DNA from: Flavobacteriaceae bacterium
Lineage (GTDB): Bacteria > Bacteroidota > Bacteroidia > Flavobacteriales > Flavobacteriaceae
Assembly: GCA_965224465.1 (NCBI GenBank)
Contig: OZ245049.1
Coordinates: 690,001 to 722,000 of the forward strand
DNA length: 32,000 bases
Direction: 5' to 3'
Both the position numbers and the translations under genes were made by a program. Below the pieces are notes generated by a model, which had not been told where the DNA came from, made no database searches, and saw only the letters and a program-made list of their open reading frames with translations. The first letter of the stretch is position 1, and each line of letters begins with the position of its first letter. Shown here in pieces: positions 25,331-32,000 of this stretch.

Positions 25331-25696
25331 ATGGATTTAGCAGAAAACATTAAAGCAATTAGAGAAGAAAAGGGTTTAAAACAGATTGAAGTAGCTGATT
25401 ATATTGGTGTTGATAAATCCGCTTATAGTAAAATTGAAAAAGGTTCTCGTTCTTTGGCTATTGAGGAACTTCAAAAAATGGCACAGCTCTTTAATCTGAC
25501 TACTGACCAAATTCTTAACTATGATGGTAACATACCTAAAGAGGTAACCATTGAAGATAAAACCGCAGTAGAGCAAATGAGGTTGATACAAGAATTAGAT
25601 GAAGAGGATAAACAAACTGTCTTTAAAATAATTGATAAGATGCTTACTACTAAGAAATTTAAAGACTTCTTTAATAAAAATGTAGCTACGCTTTGA
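25331..25696 (+). CDS. XRE/Cro-C1-type HTH regulator (duplicate)
   Basis: Translation identical to 18668-19033. Confidence 0.85.
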   Translation: MDLAENIKAIREEKGLKQIEVADYIGVDKSAYSKIEKGSRSLAIEELQKMAQLFNLTTDQILNYDGNIPKEVTIEDKTAVEQMRLIQELDEEDKQTVFKIIDKMLTTKKFKDFFNKNVATL

Positions 25697-25792
25697 TTTT
25701 TATTTAGAATAAATATAAATTAAGTGTTTCTTACGATACAGTAAATATGCCTTATAGGTAGCAAATGTGCTATATAGGTGTCAAAGTTATTT

Positions 25793-26233
25793 TTAAGATA
25801 ATTCGTTAAAGGAATTTTCATCTATAATAGTTTTTCCATCAACAAGAAGTAGCGCATTCAAATGATTTGCCATTTTAAAAAAAATGTTTAAATCTTCTAA
25901 TTTAGGAGTTCGTTCAAAATTTATACTTATCCAATTATTCCTTGAACTAAATCCTACATTAATATCATAATACCCTTTTTTGTCATTAAACTCAGCATAA
26001 CAACTAACCTTATTTAAACTACCTAAAACACGCTCTCTGAAACCTTCTGGAACATTATCTATATCCTTTAGTATTTCTATGCCATCTTTAGTATTTTCTT
26101 TCCAAATAAACTCACTCAAATGACTCTCAACAAAATCTACCCATTTTTCATAGTTTAAGGGTAATGACTGAGTAAATACATCATCAATTGTGTTTATTGC
26201 TATTCTTAAATCTGTATTTCGGCTTAGTTTCAT
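25793..26233 (-). CDS. Putative immunity protein (duplicate)
   Basis: Translation identical to 19130-19570. Confidence 0.55.
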   Translation of the reverse strand: MKLSRNTDLRIAINTIDDVFTQSLPLNYEKWVDFVESHLSEFIWKENTKDGIEILKDIDNVPEGFRERVLGSLNKVSCYAEFNDKKGYYDINVGFSSRNNWISINFERTPKLEDLNIFFKMANHLNALLLVDGKTIIDENSFNELS

Positions 26234-26889
26234 TAGTTTATAAAATCTTCAAGTGCTTTAATTTCAAAAGTTATATCAGGATCAACTGTATTAAGTTTAT
26301 TCATCCATTCCGTTTTCAATGTTGGCGTTATACTGGCTTTAGGCATATAGACATCAATTTTAGCATTTGTAATAAACATTGTTTTCCCATTGCTCACGAG
26401 ACCTGTTGAAGGGTCTAGACCTTCTTTTAGAAATTTAATATTTTTCTGCATTGGTGCTGACGCTAACCAAGTATCAACATTTGTTGAAATAGTCGTTTTC
26501 ATAGAAACAGCTGTATTTGCAAAAATTTGATTTGCTGTTTCTGTCCCTTTGTAAAAATCGATTCCTTTAAAGTTAAATGATATATCTCCTGTATGAAGCC
26601 ACCCAGATGATTTAGTGTAACGATATTGTCCCATTACATCTTCAAAGAAACTTCTACCACCTAACATATCAGGTATAGGATATTTCGTTTTCCAAATATC
26701 GTCTATGTGTTTAAGCTTATCAGATAAGGACTTGCTAATGAAGCCAGCCAAATCATCCACCGTATTAGCCAATTCGTCAACACTATCACTACTTTTTTCA
26801 ATTGAAAAAAAAGTGTCGTTTGCACTCAAATTTAGTGTCGAAAAAACACTAAGTACAACTAATAGAAATATTTTAAATTGATTACTCAC
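26233..26889 (-). CDS. Secreted polymorphic toxin, body type C behind a different leader allele
   Basis: The body is identical to 19570-20226 up to ..VDDLAGF. The leader differs (FFSIEKSSDSVDELANT vs FFSTEKSSNSVEELANS). ORF-track entry 26233-27027 is trimmed to the conserved GTG at 26889. Confidence 0.65.
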   Translation of the reverse strand: MSNQFKIFLLVVLSVFSTLNLSANDTFFSIEKSSDSVDELANTVDDLAGFISKSLSDKLKHIDDIWKTKYPIPDMLGGRSFFEDVMGQYRYTKSSGWLHTGDISFNFKGIDFYKGTETANQIFANTAVSMKTTISTNVDTWLASAPMQKNIKFLKEGLDPSTGLVSNGKTMFITNAKIDVYMPKASITPTLKTEWMNKLNTVDPDITFEIKALEDFIN

Positions 26890-27496
26890 AGATGACAAAG
26901 GTAACAGTTTTCTTAGTTTTTCTTTTTCTTCAATTGAAAAAAAATAAACGCAAGATTTTAAGGCTTGATTTTTTGTAATTAATGCCTTGTCGAATTTTTT
27001 GTTTTTTAGAAGAATGCTTCTTGGCATTGATTACAAAAAATGAGCATCCAAAGGGGTTTGGGGAATGGAAGATTCCCCATATAAATCAATCCTGCGTAGC
27101 AGACTTATTATTTTTTTGTGCGGTGGGGAATGGTGGAAGTGTGGCTATTTTGCATAATACCAGTTATAACGACCTTTTTTTTCAATTGAAAATCAATTAA
27201 TAAAGTCAAAAAAATGTGCGTAGCGAACTTATAACTTGTATTATGTTACTTAGCTTGGGGTGGTTTTTATGGCGGATTTTTTGCTTTTGTGCGGTGGCAC
27301 AGCTCTTTGGATTTTCTTTTTTTCAATTGAAAATAAAAACGATAAAAAAGAAAATACAATGTGCTGTTTTTGCGGTGGGTTGCAGAAAGTGTGACATAAA
27401 AACCACAGAAGGGTTGGCGTGCGGAACAACATAAAGCACAAAGGCTTTTTGCTTTTTCTGCAAAAGTTTGGGTTTTATGTTGTGGGGATTGGTCGG
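26765..27496 (-). repeat. Leader + junction region, allele D (chimeric; right part identical to allele A)
   Basis: Palindromes at 26793-26812 (inside the CDS), 26929-26938, 27181-27190 and 27322-27331. Hairpin at 27060-27078. GTGCGGTGG at 27118-27126 and 27289-27297, and TGCGGTGG at 27371-27378. Confidence 0.8.
27153..27245. repeat. Same 17-bp inverted repeat with a 59-nt loop (third loop allele, contains CAATTG)
   Basis: Arms at 27153-27169 and 27229-27245. Confidence 0.75.
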
Positions 27497-27775
27497 TTAT
27501 TTCTCTCCATAATGAGAATGTGCATTTAGTACATAAACTGTAACTATTTCTTCATTTATAGAATACACTAATCGGTGTTTATGGTTGATTCTTCTTGAAT
27601 ACAATCCTTTTAAATTATGTTTCAACATTTCGGGTTGTCCTGTTCCTGTTGTTGGGTGTTCCATTAATTCAGTTAATAATTTCTGTAACTTCTTTAAAAT
27701 TGATTTATCTCCTACTTTTTTATGTTTCTCAATATCTTCTAAAGCGGTTTTAGAAAATTCTAATTTATAACTCAT
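27497..27775 (-). CDS. yoeB: YoeB/Txe-family toxin (second copy)
   Basis: Translation identical to 6765-7043 (offset 20732). Confidence 0.88.
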   Translation of the reverse strand: MSYKLEFSKTALEDIEKHKKVGDKSILKKLQKLLTELMEHPTTGTGQPEMLKHNLKGLYSRRINHKHRLVYSINEEIVTVYVLNAHSHYGEK

Positions 27776-28023
27776 AAACCTAATAATTCACTTATTTCTT
27801 TAGGTGTAGAAATGGTTTTTGTTTCTCCATTTTGAACTTCTAAAACGCTTTGTTGAATACGTTCTATCATCTTTGCATTAAAGTACATATCGTTCTCACT
27901 AACAAGAGTTAATGCATACGATTTATCTTTCCCCCTTTGAACAATTATATACTCTCCTTTATCTACTCTTTCGAAGTATTCTTTTTGATTTTGTCTAAAT
28001 TCTCTACTGCTTATAACTAACAT
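27772..28023 (-). CDS. Phd/YefM-family antitoxin (second copy)
   Basis: Identical to 7040-7291. Trimmed to the internal ATG in the same way. Confidence 0.75.
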   Translation of the reverse strand: MLVISSREFRQNQKEYFERVDKGEYIIVQRGKDKSYALTLVSENDMYFNAKMIERIQQSVLEVQNGETKTISTPKEISELLGL

Positions 28024-28038
28024 AATATCATATTTTGT

Positions 28039-28053
28039 GTACCAATATGGTAC
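28039..28053. promoter_or_regulatory. Same palindrome, second copy
   Basis: Offset 20732 from 7307-7321. Confidence 0.55.
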
Positions 28054-28086
28054 AATATACAAATAAATAAGCAAAAAGTATTCCAT

Positions 28087-29028
28087 TTACCCTAAAGGAT
28101 GAAACATTTCTATTTGTTTACTCAAATTCTTCATGTCTTTATTACGGTACTTTTCTATATTTCCAACATTTTTATAACCGCTTAAATATTGGGTTTTTCT
28201 TAATCCAAATAAATCTATCCAAATGCCTATTCTTGATTGTTTGAGTTGAGTTAATCTTTTAATGTTTATTGTTGGATTCTGCTCCTTTATGGTTTTTACT
28301 AATACTTTTAATTGCTCGTGTAAGCGTTGTTCTTTGTTGCAGTTTGGATTGAACAGTTTTTCGCTTTGCTCTGTATTTGGCTTGTTGTTTCTACCTATCC
28401 CTCTAAAATCGGTAATATAATCGTGAAAAGGAATTATCTGATTTGCTTCTAATTTTACTGTTCTGCTGTTCTTTCTTCTTACTCCTCCTGGGACTTTTAT
28501 GATTCCTTTTTTTAGATCTAAATCTTCTAATTCTAAATTCATTAAATCTTGCTTGTCCAATGCTTGAAAAATCATTAACCCCAATAGTAGTTTATTGCTG
28601 TATTTAAAATATCCGTGTTTAGTTTTGTCTTGATAATTGGTGTAGATTTCTTGTAGTTCTTCTTCTGTTAATAAAATGATTTGCTCTTGTGCTACTCCTC
28701 TTAATCTTACATTTAAAGCAATGTTTTGTATTGCTTCTGTTGAGCTATTTAAAAGACGCTGTGCGTCTAAAAAGTGGTAATAATGTTCTATTGCTCTTAA
28801 AGTTGTATTGATACTTGTTTTTGATTTCTCTTGATTTTGTAAGTGTCCTATATAGTTTAATAACTGATTGTATTTTATCGTTTTCACGGTTAGTTTATTT
28901 AGCTGTAACCAAATTGTAAAAAGTCCTATTCTCATTATAAAATCCTTGATACATTTTTCGCTATAAAACCTATCTGTTAGCCATTTATCAAAGGCGAGAG
29001 GCTCGCTACCCAATTTATTATTTTTCAT
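28087..29028 (-). CDS. Second, divergent tyrosine-recombinase-like protein (313-aa type), third copy
   Basis: Translation identical to 7355-8296. Confidence 0.8.
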   Translation of the reverse strand: MKNNKLGSEPLAFDKWLTDRFYSEKCIKDFIMRIGLFTIWLQLNKLTVKTIKYNQLLNYIGHLQNQEKSKTSINTTLRAIEHYYHFLDAQRLLNSSTEAIQNIALNVRLRGVAQEQIILLTEEELQEIYTNYQDKTKHGYFKYSNKLLLGLMIFQALDKQDLMNLELEDLDLKKGIIKVPGGVRRKNSRTVKLEANQIIPFHDYITDFRGIGRNNKPNTEQSEKLFNPNCNKEQRLHEQLKVLVKTIKEQNPTINIKRLTQLKQSRIGIWIDLFGLRKTQYLSGYKNVGNIEKYRNKDMKNLSKQIEMFHPLG

Positions 29029-29881
29029 CCTGTATTAATTGGCTGTCTGCCTCAGACTCTTCAAGTATGTGCGTATAAATCTGTGTACTATCTAATCTTT
29101 TATGACCTAAAAAATTACCAATATATTCTAACTCCATTCCTTGCTGTAAAAGGTGTGTCGCTATACTGTGGCGTAAACTGTGCAGTGTTGCATTTTTATT
29201 AATGTTTGCCTTATTCATTAACTTCTTTAATCTACTGTTTAAATATTGACCTGTTACTTGTGGATTTGATTTCCCAACTAATAAATAGTTACTTTCTGTA
29301 TTGATTATCTCCCTTGCAAACTCAACATATTCTTTTAAATCTGCTATTACTTTTTTACTCATTGGAACGTATCTACTTTGATAATTCTTACTTGGTTTGA
29401 CATAAATTAATCCTTTGTTAAAGTCTAATTCTTTTGGTTCTAAATTAATACCTTCTTTACTTCTTAATCCACAACCATAGTAGATACTTAGCATTGCTTT
29501 ATCAAATAAACCACTCGGACTGTGCCCATCAATTGAAGAAAAAAGTTGTTGTATTTCTAATTGATTAAAGATTACTTTTTCTGTTTTTATTTCTCTTTCT
29601 ACTATAATTTTATTGACTGCTAATTTCTGTTTTTTGGTCTTTTCTAAAAAGGCACTGTATCTATTTATTACGTTAATATGACCTTGTATATATTGTCTAC
29701 TGGCTTTGGTTTGATGCAAGCCTTTTATAAACTCTTCTATCTCTTGTTGATTAGCTTTTCTTTGATTTAAGTACTTGAAAAAATTAGCTAATAACCTTAC
29801 ATATCCTTTGATGGTGCTTTCTGCATAGCCTAATCTAACTAACCAATTCTCAAAGTTTTCTAATTCTTCTTTTAAATTCAT
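29018..29881 (-). CDS. Tyrosine recombinase/integrase, module 5 (mosaic)
   Basis: ORF track, 287 aa. The C-terminal tail matches modules 1 and 2 (EESEADSQLIQDEK). The N-terminal two-thirds resemble modules 3 and 4 (EKVIFNQLEIQQLFSSIDGHSPSG). Confidence 0.9.
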   Translation of the reverse strand: MNLKEELENFENWLVRLGYAESTIKGYVRLLANFFKYLNQRKANQQEIEEFIKGLHQTKASRQYIQGHINVINRYSAFLEKTKKQKLAVNKIIVEREIKTEKVIFNQLEIQQLFSSIDGHSPSGLFDKAMLSIYYGCGLRSKEGINLEPKELDFNKGLIYVKPSKNYQSRYVPMSKKVIADLKEYVEFAREIINTESNYLLVGKSNPQVTGQYLNSRLKKLMNKANINKNATLHSLRHSIATHLLQQGMELEYIGNFLGHKRLDSTQIYTHILEESEADSQLIQDEK

Positions 29882-29924
29882 ATTTAAAATTTAGGGGGGT
29901 GCCTTGCGTTTTGAGATTTGTATT

Positions 29925-30008
29925 GAGGTACTGACTTAACTTACTGATAATCTTTTAGTTTAGTACCTCGCTAAGCTAACTGAGGCACTAATGAGGTACT
30001 GAGGTACT
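29925..30008. repeat. Same iteron-like cluster at the second type-1 primase gene
   Basis: GAGGTACT at 29925-29932, 29993-30000 and 30001-30008. Inverted copy AGTACCTC at 29962-29969. Variant GAGGCACT at 29982-29989. The hairpin is imperfect here. Confidence 0.55.
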
Positions 30009-32000
30009 CGATTTAATATCTTCAAGGGCTTTGTCTAAGGCATTTGTGATGTTATCTTTTAGATTTTGATACTCATCTTGATTAATTACCTCATACTCAA
30101 ATCCTGTGCTGTACTTGTTTCCGCCTATTATTTTGATGTAACCGTAACTTTGTAAATCATATAAATACCTGCTTAATGTTTTGGGGTTAATTCGCATTTT
30201 AGCACGTAATTCTTTAGCATAAAAACTTTGCCCATTTCCCTTTTTTAAGTGTGCTTTCAGCACTTCCAAAAAATCTCTACACGCTTTTGTCAACTCATCA
30301 CTTTTGGCAAGTAATACCGTTTTTAGTAGCTTATTAGCTTGTTCTATATCTTCCAATGTCGTTTCTATGTATTTTTCTCCAGTAGTTTCATTTATTTTTA
30401 TTTGCCTCTGCCGCTGGCAGTAAAATGTTACCGTTTCTATAAATGCTAAATAATGGGTGTTTGTTCTTAATGGCTTAAAAACTGTTTCGGGGATATTTAA
30501 TAGTGTAGCGTAGGGATTGACAACTTTTACTTTCTCTAATAACCATTGTACATCCTTTAAAAATTCCCTGGCATTATTTTCTTCTTGCTTGTTAATCTTT
30601 CCTGCCGATATGTTTTGCTGATAGCTCATAATTCCCTCTTTTTGTTGTTTACTGTTGTCTAAATAGATTAATAATGAACGGTTTGCATTGTCTTCATAAA
30701 TCTTTTCTTTGGTAGTTGTTCCTGCTAAACAAATTGGTCCTTCTACGGTTAGGGTTACTGTTTTTAGGTTTCCTTTTGCATCTTTTATAGGTATGGTTTT
30801 ACTTATTTTTCGTTTACTCATTAGTTCTCTTATAGCGTACAGTATCTTATCATCTTGTGCTCCATCCAAATCTTCAATTAATATCAATTTGTTTTTTAGT
30901 TCTGTTCTGTCAAAGTAGTAAAGTGCATTTTCTGATAGTGCGGTGATTTCTAATTTATGTTCTTCAGGGATTAAGTCTGCTATTTTTTCTTGTAGGTAAG
31001 TTTTTCCTGTGCCGCTTGCTCCAAGACTTATAATATGTAGCGGTTGTTCTCGTAATCTACTCGTAAAAACCAAATACATTAACAGCCGATTATCGACCTC
31101 TCCAACCATTCCCGTTTTACCGATTAAATCATTTGTCTTCCGGAGTAGATTTTCGCCTTTTAAAAAGGTAATTGCTTTTTGTTTTCTTAGCTCTGTTAAT
31201 TCTCTTTGTTTCTTTTTTTGTGGTTTTTGAGCATCAACTTGTCTTAATCTGTAATCTTCTAATCCGTTTATGAGTTCTGCTATTACGTATTGTATTTCTC
31301 GTGTTCCTAATTCTAATCTTTCTGCTACTTTTCTTGTAAATTTCTCTGTTGAATCATCATTGTATAAATCTAAATTACTTTGTCTGATATTATATATTGG
31401 ACTTGGATTATCTGTTCTTGTAATGCGTAAAGTAACTTTTAGCTTGTCTAAACTGAACAAGTTTATCCCACCTAAAACGGCTATTAAAATGTTGTTGTTT
31501 TGGTAAGTGATGTAATCTTGGTTTTCTGTGTTCAGCTCGTTACTTACTGGCTCTGCCTGCTCTGTTACAAATTCAGTTTCTGAACCAAATAGGTTTTCTC
31601 TTTCACTTATTAAATGTTCTAAAATTGTAGGTTCGTGGCTCTGTACTAAACTATTTATATCTTCTCCTTTCGGACAATTAATTTTACTTATTGATAGATT
31701 ATTGAATAGTTGGTTTAGTGTTTTAGAATGTTCTTGCACTGCTTTTTCTCCCGCTTCATCTCCATCAAAGAAAAGTACAACTTCTTTTAAATTTTCTAAT
31801 TTTAATAATGCTTGCTTGTGTTCTTCAGTAAAGCCATTTGTTCCATATAAAGCAAGTGTTTCAAAGTTGGTGTATTTCTGAAGTGTGGCACTATCGATTA
31901 TACTTTCTGTTAAAATGATTACTTGCGTTTCTTTGTTTGGGTATTTTGGATAAAGTCCTTTTCTGTTAGCTGTATAGTAGTGCGTTCCTGTTTTGGCTAT
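29988..32000 (-). CDS. Primase-helicase-like replication protein (tail type 1), 5' end beyond the window
   Basis: The ORF track starts at an internal GTG (31739). My translation of 31740-32000 in the same frame is open and reads IAKTGTHYYTANRKGLYPKYPNKETQVIILTESIIDSATLQKYTNFETLALYGTNGFTEEHKQALLKLENLKEVVLFFDGDEAGEKAVQEHS, colinear with the other copies. The gene therefore continues past nt 32000. Confidence 0.88.
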   Translation of the reverse strand: MAKTGTHYYTANRKGLYPKYPNKETQVIILTESIIDSATLQKYTNFETLALYGTNGFTEEHKQALLKLENLKEVVLFFDGDEAGEKAVQEHSKTLNQLFNNLSISKINCPKGEDINSLVQSHEPTILEHLISERENLFGSETEFVTEQAEPVSNELNTENQDYITYQNNNILIAVLGGINLFSLDKLKVTLRITRTDNPSPIYNIRQSNLDLYNDDSTEKFTRKVAERLELGTREIQYVIAELINGLEDYRLRQVDAQKPQKKKQRELTELRKQKAITFLKGENLLRKTNDLIGKTGMVGEVDNRLLMYLVFTSRLREQPLHIISLGASGTGKTYLQEKIADLIPEEHKLEITALSENALYYFDRTELKNKLILIEDLDGAQDDKILYAIRELMSKRKISKTIPIKDAKGNLKTVTLTVEGPICLAGTTTKEKIYEDNANRSLLIYLDNSKQQKEGIMSYQQNISAGKINKQEENNAREFLKDVQWLLEKVKVVNPYATLLNIPETVFKPLRTNTHYLAFIETVTFYCQRQRQIKINETTGEKYIETTLEDIEQANKLLKTVLLAKSDELTKACRDFLEVLKAHLKKGNGQSFYAKELRAKMRINPKTLSRYLYDLQSYGYIKIIGGNKYSTGFEYEVINQDEYQNLKDNITNALDKALEDIKSSTSVPH

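Larger units (their letters stand above)
13439..26764. repeat. Direct tandem duplication, 2 x 6663 bp
   Basis: Every annotated gene start and stop in 14154-20226 recurs at +6663. Junction sequences 13439-14153 and 20102-20816 read identically. The only difference noticed at the copy ends is AG (20100-20101) versus TA (13437-13438 and 26763-26764). Confidence 0.85.
20102..26764 (-). mobile_element. Module 4 (6663 bp): duplicate of module 3
   Basis: All six ORF translations are identical to module 3. The non-coding stretches compared by eye are identical. Confidence 0.55.
27229..29095. repeat. Dispersed direct repeat copy 2
   Basis: See 6497-8363. The ORF translations for YoeB, YefM-like and the 313-aa recombinase-2 are identical. 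Confidence 0.8.
26765..32000 (-). mobile_element. Module 5 (partial): leader, junction, YoeB/YefM, recombinase pair, primase (cut by the window)
   Basis: Starts at the leader break point 26765 and continues beyond the window. Confidence 0.5.

Noticed and set aside
13439-26764. The 6663-bp duplication as an assembly artefact.
   Set aside because: This cannot be excluded from sequence alone. However, the second copy ends in a different leader/junction allele with several SNPs and continues into a distinct module, which is not what a simple repeat mis-join usually gives. It is kept as a finding, with a read-level check specified.
26890-27027. N-terminal extension of the module-4 toxin ORF (the track gives 26233-27027, 264 aa).
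   Set aside because: The extension reads through the upstream palindrome and junction. The other three paralogues have stops there. The conserved GTG at 26889 aligns with the start used by the paralogues.
1-32000. CRISPR array, or rRNA/tRNA genes serving as an attachment site.
   Set aside because: The periodicity is gene-scale (6.6-7.6 kb), not 25-40 bp repeats with spacers. I saw no cloverleaf-like or rRNA-like GC-rich segments. This is a by-eye scan only, so tRNAscan or Infernal should confirm it.
1-32000. Shufflon, invertible-promoter system or diversity-generating retroelement as the explanation for toxin variability.
   Set aside because: All modules and toxin bodies are in the same orientation, with no inverted silent cassettes. 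There is no reverse transcriptase and no template/variable repeat pair. The variation consists of whole unrelated domains, not point diversification. Small inversions between the symmetric CAATTG palindromes cannot be excluded.
1-32000. Ordinary prophage, ICE or composite transposon.
   Set aside because: No capsid, tail, terminase, relaxase, coupling-protein, T4SS or DDE transposase genes are present in 32 kb. I found no terminal inverted repeats flanking the units.

Overview
The whole window is a head-to-tail array of at least five related modules of about 6.6-7.6 kb. There is no housekeeping DNA. The sequence is AT-rich. It shows no obvious Shine-Dalgarno motifs, and TAnnTTTG boxes sit in front of several genes, which suggests a Bacteroidota (Flavobacteriia-like) host; that assignment is inference. 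Read on the minus strand, each module runs as follows: (1) a conserved non-coding junction of about 570 bp; (2) a small secreted toxin with a conserved signal-peptide leader and an unrelated C-terminal body; (3) a cognate immunity gene; (4) a divergently transcribed XRE/Cro-type regulator; (5) a DnaG-like CHC2/TOPRIM primase of about 850 aa fused to a P-loop NTPase and a C-terminal wHTH-like tail; (6) a canonical tyrosine recombinase; (7) an overlapping, degenerate second tyrosine-recombinase paralogue; (8) in two junctions, a YoeB/YefM-type toxin-antitoxin pair. I saw no relaxase, capsid, terminase, transposase, tRNA, rRNA or CRISPR. Modules 3 and 4 form a 6663-bp tandem duplication that looks exact wherever I compared it. 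Other blocks recur at offsets 7569 and 20732, and their identity tracts end inside the first recombinase gene. Similarity between toxin paralogues stops at the leader/body boundary (codons EELAN), and the same toxin body sits behind two different leader/junction alleles. Each junction carries 3-4 copies of a T-run-CAATTG-A-run palindrome, one of them inside the leader coding sequence. Each junction also has a 17-bp inverted repeat with a variable loop, direct GTGCGGTGG repeats and a conserved G-rich hairpin. My best reading is a previously undescribed family of minimal, self-replicating integrative elements, or a recombinase-driven cassette array. These would accrete in tandem by recombining inside the 5' leader of a polymorphic toxin gene, each bringing a new toxin/immunity pair. 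All domain calls are by-eye motif recognition and need HMM or structure confirmation.
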